Assembly (NCBI GenBank): GCA_964643545.1
Contig: CAZXTE010000004.1
Location: 39,869 to 103,868 of the forward strand
Reading direction: 5' to 3'
From: an uncultured Candidatus Saccharibacteria bacterium
Lineage (GTDB): Bacteria > Patescibacteriota > Saccharimonadia > Saccharimonadales > AWTP1-31
DNA length: 64,000 nucleotides
Position numbers and translations under genes: made by a program
Notes under the pieces: model-generated
The model's input: only the letters and a program-made list of their open reading frames with translations
Told to the model about the DNA's origin: nothing
Databases searched by the model: none
Shown here: in pieces, positions 1 to 8,779 of the stretch
Layout: each line of letters opens with the position of its first letter
How positions within the stretch are numbered: position 1 is the stretch's first letter

Positions 1-2
1 GG

Positions 3-185
3 GAACGTTTAGTGCAGGCGCAACATGAGCTGACCGATAATGACGCAGTATGGTTTGCGCACAATTTGGCCAAGAAACTTTTGAATGAAGCTGTCCCGCG
101 GCTGCGTGAGGCTGACGTTAAGAAATCTCTCGTTGGCGTTCGGCAGGCGCTGCGTGACCTAGGAGCGTTGCATGATAAGCAGTGA
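3..185 (+). CDS. C-terminal fragment of an unidentified protein (5' end outside window)
   Basis: Frame 3 is open from the window edge to TGA at 183-185 (...ALRDLGALHDKQ*). It overlaps the gatB start by 14 nt. I recognise no motif. Confidence 0.3.
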   Translation, partial: ERLVQAQHELTDNDAVWFAHNLAKKLLNEAVPRLREADVKKSLVGVRQALRDLGALHDKQ

Positions 186-1650
186 AACTCGAAATAAGTA
201 TAGCGCTACGATTGGCATAGAGTGCCACGTTCAACTCAATACCAAAACAAAGTTATTTGCTGGTGTAGATAATGATGCCCGCCATGCTCCGGTGAACACC
301 CTTATCTCGCATATATGTCTAGGCATGCCAGGGAGCTTGCCGGTACTTAACCAGCGAGCTGTTGAGCTTGCAGTGCGGGCTGCCTATGCACTTGGCACCA
401 AACCCCAACTGCTTAGCAAATTTGATCGTAAACATTACTTCTATCCAGATTTGCCTAAGGGCTACCAAATAACTCAGTTTGATCAACCAATTATTCTAGG
501 CGGTTCAATTGAGATAGATATTGATGGAGAAAAAAAGGCAGTCGGCATCACCAGGGCGCACCTAGAGGAAGATGCCGGCAAGAACACACATCCTGTCGGT
601 GCCGCATATAGTCTGGTTGATCTCAATCGGGCGGGGACCCCACTCTTAGAGATTGTGTCCGAACCCGACATGCATTCGTCAAAAGAGGCCAAGGCGTACG
701 CACAAGAGCTGTATCTGCGGATGAAATATGCAGATGTCTCGGACTGCAACTTGTTTTATGGGAATATGAGATTTGACGTAAATGTATCTGTGAGTAAAGG
801 CGAAGCACTAGGCACACGCACAGAAACAAAAAATCTTAATTCTTTCCGAAGTATAGAAAAAGCTGTTGACTATGAAATTAAGCGCCAAATAGAACTCCTA
901 GAGAGGGGTGAGTCTGTCATTCAGGAAACACTTGGCTGGGACGATGCCAAGCAAAAAACAACTAGCCAGCGCAGCAAGGAAGAATCACACGATTACCGCT
1001 ATTTTCCTGAACCGGACGTACCCCCTGTTGTACTCCAAGAGACATTTTGTAACGAGATTGCAGCAAGTCTGCCAACTATGCCAGATGAGTGGCGAAAAAC
1101 TTTAGCTAGTTTTGGGCTTGATAAAAGCCAAACTGATATTCTGTTGCTCTCAGAGGTCGACCATGACAGTGTGAGCTATCTGTCTCTATTGCGTGCATAT
1201 GAAGCAGATGCCTCGAAGGCAAGGCAGGTTGCAAACTGGTTTGTTAATATTGAAATTCCAACTCGTAACGCAGATCCAAGCAAGTGCATCTTAAGAGAAG
1301 AGGAGCGTGCAGAGCTCTACGATGAGTTGTACCGCCTAGTAGGCGCACAAAAGCTGAGTTCAACCAATGCCAAATTGCTCATAGGCGAGCTATTATCCCA
1401 CACAGCACTACCGGAGAATGTTGAGAAATATGCCGCAGAACAAGGCTTTATACAAGTGTCAGACAACAAGGAAATGAAGAATATAGTGCAGAAAGTCTTA
1501 GACGAAAATCAACAAGCCGTAGAAGATATAAAGTCTGGTGAAATGAAGGCAATTGGTTATTTGGTTGGGCAGGTGATGAAACAGAGTATGGGGAAGGCAA
1601 ACCCTGAACGTGCGCAACAGATAATACGTGAACTACTGGAGCTATCATGA
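172..1650 (+). CDS. gatB: Asp/Glu-tRNA(Asn/Gln) amidotransferase subunit B
   Basis: 492-aa ORF with GatB motifs (IGIECHVQLNT, KHYFYPDLPKGYQITQ, TRAHLEEDAGK) and a C-terminal Yqey-like tail. ATGA overlap with the next gene. Confidence 0.95.
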   Translation: MISSETRNKYSATIGIECHVQLNTKTKLFAGVDNDARHAPVNTLISHICLGMPGSLPVLNQRAVELAVRAAYALGTKPQLLSKFDRKHYFYPDLPKGYQITQFDQPIILGGSIEIDIDGEKKAVGITRAHLEEDAGKNTHPVGAAYSLVDLNRAGTPLLEIVSEPDMHSSKEAKAYAQELYLRMKYADVSDCNLFYGNMRFDVNVSVSKGEALGTRTETKNLNSFRSIEKAVDYEIKRQIELLERGESVIQETLGWDDAKQKTTSQRSKEESHDYRYFPEPDVPPVVLQETFCNEIAASLPTMPDEWRKTLASFGLDKSQTDILLLSEVDHDSVSYLSLLRAYEADASKARQVANWFVNIEIPTRNADPSKCILREEERAELYDELYRLVGAQKLSSTNAKLLIGELLSHTALPENVEKYAAEQGFIQVSDNKEMKNIVQKVLDENQQAVEDIKSGEMKAIGYLVGQVMKQSMGKANPERAQQIIRELLELS

Positions 1651-2543
1651 GCAAACCGATTAGAAAAGCGGTTATCGCCGCCGCTGGCTTCGGGACTCGT
1701 TTTCTACCCCAAACGAAGGCGATGCCCAAGGAGATGCTTCCCCTAGTTGACAAGCCAATTATTCAATACATTGTAGAAGAGCTCGTTGGCGCAGGCATAG
1801 AAGACATTATTATTGTGACGGGGTATAGCAAACGCCCCATAGAGGATCACTTCGATGCGCTTAGTGCCGAGCTGGGCGCAAATTTGCGCCAGGGTGGTAA
1901 GCAAGAACTGCTCGATGAGGTGAAGAAAATATCAGACCTAGCTAACTTCGTCTATGTACGCCAGAAAGGGCCATATGGTAATGCTACACCCCTCATCAAT
2001 GTCTCGCACCTTATCGGCGACGAACCATTCGTCTATGCGTTTGCGGATGATTTTGTGGTTGCAGAGCCATCGCGTTTTCAGCAAATCATTGCCGTGCACA
2101 ATCAACATGGGGGTTCTGTACTGACATGCGTGCGCGCCAAACAGAAAGAAGATTACGAGCGGTATGGTTTTGTTGATGGGGAGCCAGCAGCAGACGGGCT
2201 TGTTTTTGTGAAAAAAGTGGTAGAGAAGCCTGGGTCGAAAGAAGCTTCACCTTCTGACTTGGCGAGTGTAAGTGGCTACGTGTTGCAGCCTGAAATTTTC
2301 AGCTACCTAAGGCAAGACCTGGAAATGCTACCGGAAGGAGTTGAGTTTGCGATGCAGCCTTCACTTGAGAGAATGTCAATTGACGGGCATAAGGTATACG
2401 CCCACGAAGTCACCGACGGGACCTTCTACGACACGGGCAACAAGATCGAATACGTTAAGGCAGTTGTTGATTTTGCAATGCAGAATGAGGATATTCGCGA
2501 GCCGCTGCTTACCCATATAAAAAAGATCATTTCCCAGGAATGA
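1647..2543 (+). CDS. galU: UTP-glucose-1-phosphate uridylyltransferase
   Basis: 298 aa. The N-terminal nucleotidyltransferase signature AAGFGTRFLPQTKAMPKEMLPLVDKP is typical of GalU. Confidence 0.9.
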   Translation: MSKPIRKAVIAAAGFGTRFLPQTKAMPKEMLPLVDKPIIQYIVEELVGAGIEDIIIVTGYSKRPIEDHFDALSAELGANLRQGGKQELLDEVKKISDLANFVYVRQKGPYGNATPLINVSHLIGDEPFVYAFADDFVVAEPSRFQQIIAVHNQHGGSVLTCVRAKQKEDYERYGFVDGEPAADGLVFVKKVVEKPGSKEASPSDLASVSGYVLQPEIFSYLRQDLEMLPEGVEFAMQPSLERMSIDGHKVYAHEVTDGTFYDTGNKIEYVKAVVDFAMQNEDIREPLLTHIKKIISQE

Positions 2544-2565
2544 TAAGGGGTATATACTGGTGATT

Positions 2566-2826
2566 ATGAATACAACAGAACAGTCACTTCTTATTATTCT
2601 TAGTATAATGCTCGCCCTGTTCTTGCTTTTATCGATTGTCGCCTTGATAAAGAGCATACAGATTTTATCGAGTCTGAAACGTATAACAAATAAAGCCGAA
2701 TCGATTGCCGATAAGGCTGAAGAGGTGACTGAGTTTTTCCAAGATGTTAAAGGACCAATATCGCTCATAAAATCTTTGCAGCACATCGTGCATGCAGTAC
2801 AAAACAGTAAACGAAAGGGCAAATAG
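2566..2826 (+). CDS. Small membrane-anchored coiled-coil protein (DUF948/YtxG-like)
   Basis: One N-terminal hydrophobic helix (LLIILSIMLALFLLLSIVALI) followed by a charged helical tail. ATG 2566 lies 7 nt after TATACT (2553-2558); the ORF track starts at GTG 2560. It is paired with a YtxH-like gene, as in Firmicute ytxGH. Confidence 0.5.
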   Translation: MNTTEQSLLIILSIMLALFLLLSIVALIKSIQILSSLKRITNKAESIADKAEEVTEFFQDVKGPISLIKSLQHIVHAVQNSKRKGK

Positions 2827-2830
2827 AATC

Positions 2831-3235
2831 ATGAAGAATAACGCGACAAAGAAATTTGCGGTTGGTGCTGTTCTCGCAGGTGTCGTCGGCTATGTCGCAG
2901 GCATACTGACTGCTCCTAAAAGTGGGAAACAGACAAGAGAGGACGTCAAACAAACAGCGTCTAAGGCAAAAGTAGCCGCCGAGAAGCAGCTTAAAATGCT
3001 CCATGCCGAGTTGACAACGCTTGCAGATCAGCTAGCCATGCAAACCAAACAAGCAAAAACAAGCGTAGATAAAGAACTGAAAAAGGCCCTGAACAAGGCT
3101 GCTGCATCAAAAGACAAGGTTCGACAAACATTGAGTGCAATTCATGAGGGTGGTGCAGACGATAAAGACCTTGATAAAGCCATCAAAGACGCAAAACAGG
3201 CTGTAGAGCATTTAAAAAACTTTGTGACCAAGTAG
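2831..3235 (+). CDS. YtxH-like general-stress-type membrane protein
   Basis: N-terminal helix plus the APKSGKQTRED motif typical of the YtxH family, then a K/A/E-rich coiled coil. I chose ATG 2831 because the track start at 2792 overlaps the upstream gene. Confidence 0.6.
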   Translation: MKNNATKKFAVGAVLAGVVGYVAGILTAPKSGKQTREDVKQTASKAKVAAEKQLKMLHAELTTLADQLAMQTKQAKTSVDKELKKALNKAAASKDKVRQTLSAIHEGGADDKDLDKAIKDAKQAVEHLKNFVTK

Positions 3236-3344
3236 GTCAAAAACTACTATAGTGCTGCTGAAGAAAGCATGTGTGTTGTAATTGTAGGTATTTCCTCGCG
3301 GTGACAAGCCCTTTTTATTACAATGTATATAATTAACAGGAGAG

Positions 3345-6300
3345 ATGGTGTCTGGACTTACAGCTGGCGATTTTGTTCACCTTCATAATCATACACAGTA
3401 CAGCCTGCTGGATGGCCTGACAAAGCTCCCTGCACTTATTGAATACGTAAAAGAATCGGGCATGACATCTGTGGCCATGACGGACCATGGGACCATGTCA
3501 GGAGCCATAGAGTTTTACAAAGTTGCAAATGCACACGGGGTTAAGCCCATCATAGGCATGGAAACGTACGTTTCTCCAAGACAACATACGGACAAAGATC
3601 CTTCCAAAGACAAAACGCCCTATCACTTGATCATATTAGCCATGAACAACACGGGCTATGAAAATCTTATGCGATTAAGTACGATAGCTAATCTCCAGGG
3701 GTTCTATTACAAGCCACGTGTTGATCATGAATTGCTAGAAAAATATAACGAGGGCTTAATTGTTCTCAGCGGCTGTATAGGGGGAGAGGTTGGCGATCGG
3801 CTCCGTCAAGGACAATATGAGCAAGCGAAACAGATAGCCGCTTGGTATAAAGAAGTATTCGGCGATCGCTATTACCTCGAGGTTCAGGATCACGGCCACC
3901 CCGAGCATAGCTCGGCATGGGATGAACAGGTGGCTATTACAGAGCAAACATTTCAGCTAGGTCGTGAACTATCCATCGAATGTGTTGTTACGTGTGATGC
4001 GCATTACTTACGTCATGCGGATCAAGAAGCACACGAGATATTGCTTTGTGTGCAGACTGGTTCCTTCTTGAGTGATGAAAAACGCATGAGCTTGAGCCAA
4101 TTTGAGCTTCATGTTACAGACCCAAAGGAAATCATTGAGCGTTGGTCAAAAGAACACCCAGAGGTTATTCGAAATACAAAGCTGATTGCCGACCGTTGCA
4201 GTGTAGATATACAACTTGGGAAAATTCTAATTCCGAAATTTCCGGTTCCTGCGAACGAGACTGAGGAAAGCTATTTGCACGGGATGGTTTATCGTGGCTT
4301 GGCGAGACGGTACGGCAACATAAGTGAAAAGGATGCCGAAAACCTAACAATAGCCGAGGCAATGAAAACATTACCCCAAGATATACAGCAGCGAGCAGAA
4401 TATGAGCTCAGAGTCATTAAGGATATGGGTTTTAATGGATACTTTCTGATTATTTCAGACTTTATAAATTGGGGGAAAGATCAAGGTATCGTTTTTGGGC
4501 CAGGGCGCGGCTCGGCAGCCGGTTCAATTATTGCGTATGCACTTAAAATAACAGAGCTCGACCCAATGCGTTATGACTTGCTATTTGAGCGCTTCTTAAA
4601 CCCCGACAGAATAAGTATGCCCGATATTGATATAGATATTCAGGACTCTCGGCGCGATGAAGTTATCCAGTACTGCGTTGAAAAATATGGCACAGAACGA
4701 GTTGCAAATATAGTCACCTTTGGCCGTATGGCTGCTCGTAACGCGGTCAGAGACGTTGCACGGGTGCTGCAGGTGCCATACACAGAGGCGGATCGTTTGG
4801 CAAAAATGATTCCACCTCCCGTGCAAGGCAGGCATATACTTCTTGCAACGTCGCTGGTGGAAAATCAAGATTTAAAAAAAGAGTACGAAACCAGTGAGAC
4901 AGCCCGACGGGTGTTTGATTTAGCCGTTCAATTAGAGGGTACTATTCGCTCCCACGGTGTACACGCGGCCGGGGTTGTTATTGCACCCGATGAACTTGTT
5001 AAGTTTGCCCCTCTAGAAATGGCCCAGAAAGGGGTTGTGGCAACCCAGTACTCTATGAATCCTATTGAGGAGCTTGGGCTGTTAAAAATGGATTTCCTCG
5101 GATTATCTAACTTAACGACGATAAAAAACACGTTACGAATTGTAAAAAAAGTCTACAACGAAGACATAGATATTGATCGATTACCATTGGATGATAAAGA
5201 GACATTCCAATTACTGCAGAGAGGAGACACGACAGGCGTTTTTCAATTAGAGTCGTCTGGGATGAAGCGATATCTACGCGAATTAAAGCCAAGCGTTTTT
5301 GAAGATATTGTTGCAATGGTCGCACTGTATAGGCCGGGGCCGATGCAGTTTATAGAGGATTTTATTGAACGAAAACATGGCAAACGGACAATAAAATATC
5401 TTCACCCAAAAATGGAAGCAGCGCTTAAAAATACCTACGGTGTTTTGGTTTACCAAGAACAGGTGATGCAGATCAGCAAAGATCTTTCTGGATTCACGGG
5501 CGGGCAGGCAGATACGCTTAGAAAGGGAATTGCAAAAAAAATTCCCGAGGTATTGGCAAAAATGAAGCTAGAATTTACTGAAGGTGCTATTAAGCACTCA
5601 GGTGCAGACCCTGCATTAATGGAAAAATTTTGGAAGCAGTTGGAAGATTTCGCGGCGTACTGTTTTAATAAAAGTCATGCTGCTTGCTATGCGCTAATCG
5701 CATACCAAACAGCATACCTAAAGGCCCATTTTCCAGCTGCGTTTATGTCTGCCCTTATGACGAGTGACTTCGACGATACTGATCGATTGGCAATAGAGAT
5801 TAACGAGTGTAATCATATGGGAATTAAGGTTTTGCCGCCAGATATCAACGAATCATTTGGAGAATTTGCGGTTGTGCCCAAAAAAATGGAAATTCGATTT
5901 GGCCTGCATGCAGTCAAGAATGTTGGATCGAACGCCGTGGATGAGATCCTTGCGCAACGAGGGAATGGAAAATTTAAAAGTCTCGAAGATTACTTCGAGC
6001 GTGTTAATGTTCGTACGGTAAACCGTAAAAATCTTGAAAGTCTTACGAAGTCCGGTGCATTTGATTCGTTTACATCTAGGGATCGGTTGCTTGCTAATCT
6101 AGACACGTTGCTTGCTTACAGTAATAGGCTACAGAAGGAGAAGGCAAGTGGCCAGACAGACCTTTTTGGTTCCATGGAAGATGCCGCCGCACGGGAGATA
6201 AAACCAAAGCTTAAACTTGTAGAACCGGCTGTAGAGTCTTCCCAGCGTGAGCAGTTGCAATGGGAAAGAGAATTATTGGGTTTATACCTCTCTCAACACC

Positions 6301-6962
6301 CGCTTGAGGACTATAGACAATGGCTGGCAGAGCAAAGCGTTGCTCTGAACCTGTTGGAAACGTCACATCATAATAAAGCAGTGACAGTAGGGGGCATTAT
6401 CACTGATGTCCGTGAGATTACTACAAAAAATGGTCAGAAGATGGCATTTGTACGTCTGGCTGATGAGTTGAGTGAAGTCGAGCTGGTGTTGTTCCCGAGA
6501 GTTTACGACGAGTCGCCCGGTCTTTGGGAGAAAGATAGGGTGGTGCTTGTTAAGGGCAAGGTGAATGCGCAAGATAAAGAGGGCAATCTGGGGGAACCAA
6601 AGGTTATGGTTGACTCTGCGCGAGAGGTTACGCATGCCGAGGCAAAACAGTATGTCGCAAGTGGCAAGCCCATGAAGCCGCCAAAAGAGACGAAAAAGGC
6701 AGGAGTTAAAAAAACCGAAACAAAGGCCGAGAACACAATAAGACGACTCTACCTGCGCGTCGCTAATAGCGAGGATAACGACAAGCTCATGCGCATCAAG
6801 CAGATCATTGATAAGCACCCGGGCGAGACGGGCGTTGTTCTTGTGGTAGGTGCGGAGAATGCACGCCAGGCCATTAAGCTACCTACGACCGTAGATCTAG
6901 CGAGTGATGTCCAAGAAGAGCTTAATTCAGTGCTTGGGTCAGAAAACGTTAAACTTCACTGA
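3345..6962 (+). CDS. dnaE: DNA polymerase III alpha subunit
   Basis: 1205 aa. PHP domain start (FVHLHNHTQYSLLDG), polymerase core (GPGRGSAAGS, MPDIDIDI), HhH and OB-fold regions. AGGAG SD upstream. Confidence 0.95.
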   Translation: MVSGLTAGDFVHLHNHTQYSLLDGLTKLPALIEYVKESGMTSVAMTDHGTMSGAIEFYKVANAHGVKPIIGMETYVSPRQHTDKDPSKDKTPYHLIILAMNNTGYENLMRLSTIANLQGFYYKPRVDHELLEKYNEGLIVLSGCIGGEVGDRLRQGQYEQAKQIAAWYKEVFGDRYYLEVQDHGHPEHSSAWDEQVAITEQTFQLGRELSIECVVTCDAHYLRHADQEAHEILLCVQTGSFLSDEKRMSLSQFELHVTDPKEIIERWSKEHPEVIRNTKLIADRCSVDIQLGKILIPKFPVPANETEESYLHGMVYRGLARRYGNISEKDAENLTIAEAMKTLPQDIQQRAEYELRVIKDMGFNGYFLIISDFINWGKDQGIVFGPGRGSAAGSIIAYALKITELDPMRYDLLFERFLNPDRISMPDIDIDIQDSRRDEVIQYCVEKYGTERVANIVTFGRMAARNAVRDVARVLQVPYTEADRLAKMIPPPVQGRHILLATSLVENQDLKKEYETSETARRVFDLAVQLEGTIRSHGVHAAGVVIAPDELVKFAPLEMAQKGVVATQYSMNPIEELGLLKMDFLGLSNLTTIKNTLRIVKKVYNEDIDIDRLPLDDKETFQLLQRGDTTGVFQLESSGMKRYLRELKPSVFEDIVAMVALYRPGPMQFIEDFIERKHGKRTIKYLHPKMEAALKNTYGVLVYQEQVMQISKDLSGFTGGQADTLRKGIAKKIPEVLAKMKLEFTEGAIKHSGADPALMEKFWKQLEDFAAYCFNKSHAACYALIAYQTAYLKAHFPAAFMSALMTSDFDDTDRLAIEINECNHMGIKVLPPDINESFGEFAVVPKKMEIRFGLHAVKNVGSNAVDEILAQRGNGKFKSLEDYFERVNVRTVNRKNLESLTKSGAFDSFTSRDRLLANLDTLLAYSNRLQKEKASGQTDLFGSMEDAAAREIKPKLKLVEPAVESSQREQLQWERELLGLYLSQHPLEDYRQWLAEQSVALNLLETSHHNKAVTVGGIITDVREITTKNGQKMAFVRLADELSEVELVLFPRVYDESPGLWEKDRVVLVKGKVNAQDKEGNLGEPKVMVDSAREVTHAEAKQYVASGKPMKPPKETKKAGVKKTETKAENTIRRLYLRVANSEDNDKLMRIKQIIDKHPGETGVVLVVGAENARQAIKLPTTVDLASDVQEELNSVLGSENVKLH

Positions 6963-6967
6963 TAACT

Positions 6968-8188
6968 CTATAGAATAACGCCAACAGTTCGGCTGACAAC
7001 CATGCATAACCAGACGAAACTAATAATCGTTACGTCAAGCACCGCATGATGAAGTATGTAGCGTTCACCTTTGACGAGCATTTTGTGTAGTGCCTTGCTG
7101 TGTTTCATGATCAGATATGTTATGCCGATGCCTGCTAGTAAGCTATAAAGCGTGGAGATCCAGGGCAGCGAACCTTTTGTAAGTAAGTCTATGCGACTTA
7201 TCTTTGTTGAGGTTGGTGCTGGCGTAACAGTGTCATCTTTATTGGCTGTTTGATTTGAGGTTGGTTCTGGTTTGCTCATCGTTACATCTACGGTATTTGC
7301 GTCACTCGCAACAGTCAGAACTTGTTCGCGCTTATTGCCATCGATCTGAATGGTTGCAGTGTGTTCGCCTGCCTCTACATTATCAAAACTGGCAATCCCA
7401 TCTTTGTCCGTTACGGCATCACGCGGTTCAGAGTGCAGCGTTACTTTTACGCCTGAAATCGGTTTAGATGTTTTGTCAACGACCAAAATACGGACAATGC
7501 GCTTAGGGGCCTCAGTTGGTGCGGTAGCGGGGATTGTCTTCTGTGTTGGCGCGAATGTTTTTGGTGTCGGGGTTACAGAGGGTTTAGCGGAAAGTGCCGG
7601 TATATATGGAGAGGCATACATGGCAACTACCACAGTTTGCTGCCCGCTACTATTAAAATTCGATCCGTTCGCAAAGCCAAAACCAACTTCCGTATAATCT
7701 TTGCTCAGTAAATTCGCCCGGTGTGACGCGCTGTTCATCCACCCAATAACCGTGTCTGAACTTGTTGCAAAACCATATGCCAAGTTTTCGCCTGCCTTGC
7801 TGTAACTATAACCTGCATTGGTGATAAACACCCAAGGTGGGCTTCCATCTGGAGTGGTATGTGACCAGTAGTTGTGGGCAATCATATCGTTTGCTTTGGC
7901 TTGTGCAGCGTCAGATAGCTTTGCATTTATGCCCAGGCTGGCAGCACCATTGTTCGTTCGTTGTTGATTCGTCGCAGATAATAAACCAGTACTGCTCATC
8001 TCTGTTGCATATGAAAGCACTTCGCGGTCTACCCGCATAACCCGCGGTTGCCAGAGCGACAGCCCCATACCGAGAGATAAAATTACAACCAATGGTAAAT
8101 AGGGCGTATAAACACGCATAAAGTGATTTGTTCGCTTCTGGTGCTGCCCATGGCGTTTTTTGTGCATGGTTGAACGGTTTCCAGACAT
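6968..8188 (-). CDS. Membrane-anchored CAP/SCP (PR-1-like, YkwD-type) domain protein with Pro/Thr linker and Ig/carboxypeptidase-regulatory-like domain
   Basis: Basic N-terminus plus a TM helix. CAP-like core (LSDAAQAKANDM..NYWSHT...GENLAYGF...IGWMNSASHRANLL...VGFG). PT-rich linker, then a beta-rich module (RILVVDKTSKPISGVKVTLHSE...DGIASFDNVEAGEHT). Two C-terminal hydrophobic helices. Confidence 0.6.
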   Translation of the reverse strand: MSGNRSTMHKKRHGQHQKRTNHFMRVYTPYLPLVVILSLGMGLSLWQPRVMRVDREVLSYATEMSSTGLLSATNQQRTNNGAASLGINAKLSDAAQAKANDMIAHNYWSHTTPDGSPPWVFITNAGYSYSKAGENLAYGFATSSDTVIGWMNSASHRANLLSKDYTEVGFGFANGSNFNSSGQQTVVVAMYASPYIPALSAKPSVTPTPKTFAPTQKTIPATAPTEAPKRIVRILVVDKTSKPISGVKVTLHSEPRDAVTDKDGIASFDNVEAGEHTATIQIDGNKREQVLTVASDANTVDVTMSKPEPTSNQTANKDDTVTPAPTSTKISRIDLLTKGSLPWISTLYSLLAGIGITYLIMKHSKALHKMLVKGERYILHHAVLDVTIISFVWLCMVVSRTVGVIL

Positions 8189-8229
8189 GTAAGTTCATTT
8201 TATCGCACCAAAATAGAAAAGGCTAACGT

Positions 8230-8724
8230 TTAGCGTCTAAATGAGCAGTGGTATAGGGCAATCGCAGCAGCCTGCACGACGTTAAGAGATTCTTTCTTGC
8301 CTTTCATGGGAATTTCAACTGCACCTTTGCAGAGTGTGACGACTTCGGGTTCAAGGCCTTCGACCTCACGTCCGACAATAAGTGCTATCTTTTCAGGGGG
8401 ATTAAACTCGGGCAAAGCAGTAGCGGTCGTGGTTTGTTCAAGAGCATACACACAAAAGCCAGATTCCTTTAGAATATCAATAGTCTTAACTATGTCTTCT
8501 TCGTGCGTCCAACTGACAGTTCTTTCTGCTCCAAGCGCAGTTTTCTGTATCTGGTTATGTATCTTAAGGCTTAAGTGGGGCAAGCGCGCATCATGTTTGG
8601 TTTGTGGGTAGGGCGTGTATCCTGTCAGGTACAGCTTTTTTACGCCAAGGCAGTCAGCGGTTCTTAACAATGACCCGACGTTGTGTGCGCTACGAAGATT
8701 ATGGGCAATAAGTACAATTTCCAT
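8230..8724 (-). CDS. SpoU/TrmH-family RNA 2'-O-methyltransferase
   Basis: MEIVLIAHNLRSAHNVGSLLRTADCLG... plus the C-terminal IPMKGKKESLNVVQAAAIALY knot motifs. ATG 8724 is preceded by TACACT-N6. The track start at 8766 would add 14 aa. Confidence 0.8.
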   Translation of the reverse strand: MEIVLIAHNLRSAHNVGSLLRTADCLGVKKLYLTGYTPYPQTKHDARLPHLSLKIHNQIQKTALGAERTVSWTHEEDIVKTIDILKESGFCVYALEQTTTATALPEFNPPEKIALIVGREVEGLEPEVVTLCKGAVEIPMKGKKESLNVVQAAAIALYHCSFRR

Positions 8725-8779
8725 GCTAATAGTGTACGGCAGGAGTGCATATTTAAGCACAAGCATCTATAATAGAGGA

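Noticed and set aside
2792-2830. Longer start for the YtxH-like gene
   Set aside because: It would overlap the preceding ORF by 35 nt. The family-typical N-terminus (hydrophobic helix plus APKSGK) begins right after ATG 2831.
3235-3241. GGTCAAA heptad (CtsR half-site) after the YtxH-like gene
   Set aside because: It is a single copy with no tandem repeat, and it is not upstream of any clp or chaperone gene, so it is most likely chance.
8615-8779. 55-codon N-terminal extension of pilB given by the ORF track
   Set aside because: The extension would overlap the SpoU gene on the other strand and has no T2SSE similarity. ATG 8780 has the TATAAT-N6-ATG context, and the conserved N-domain begins there.
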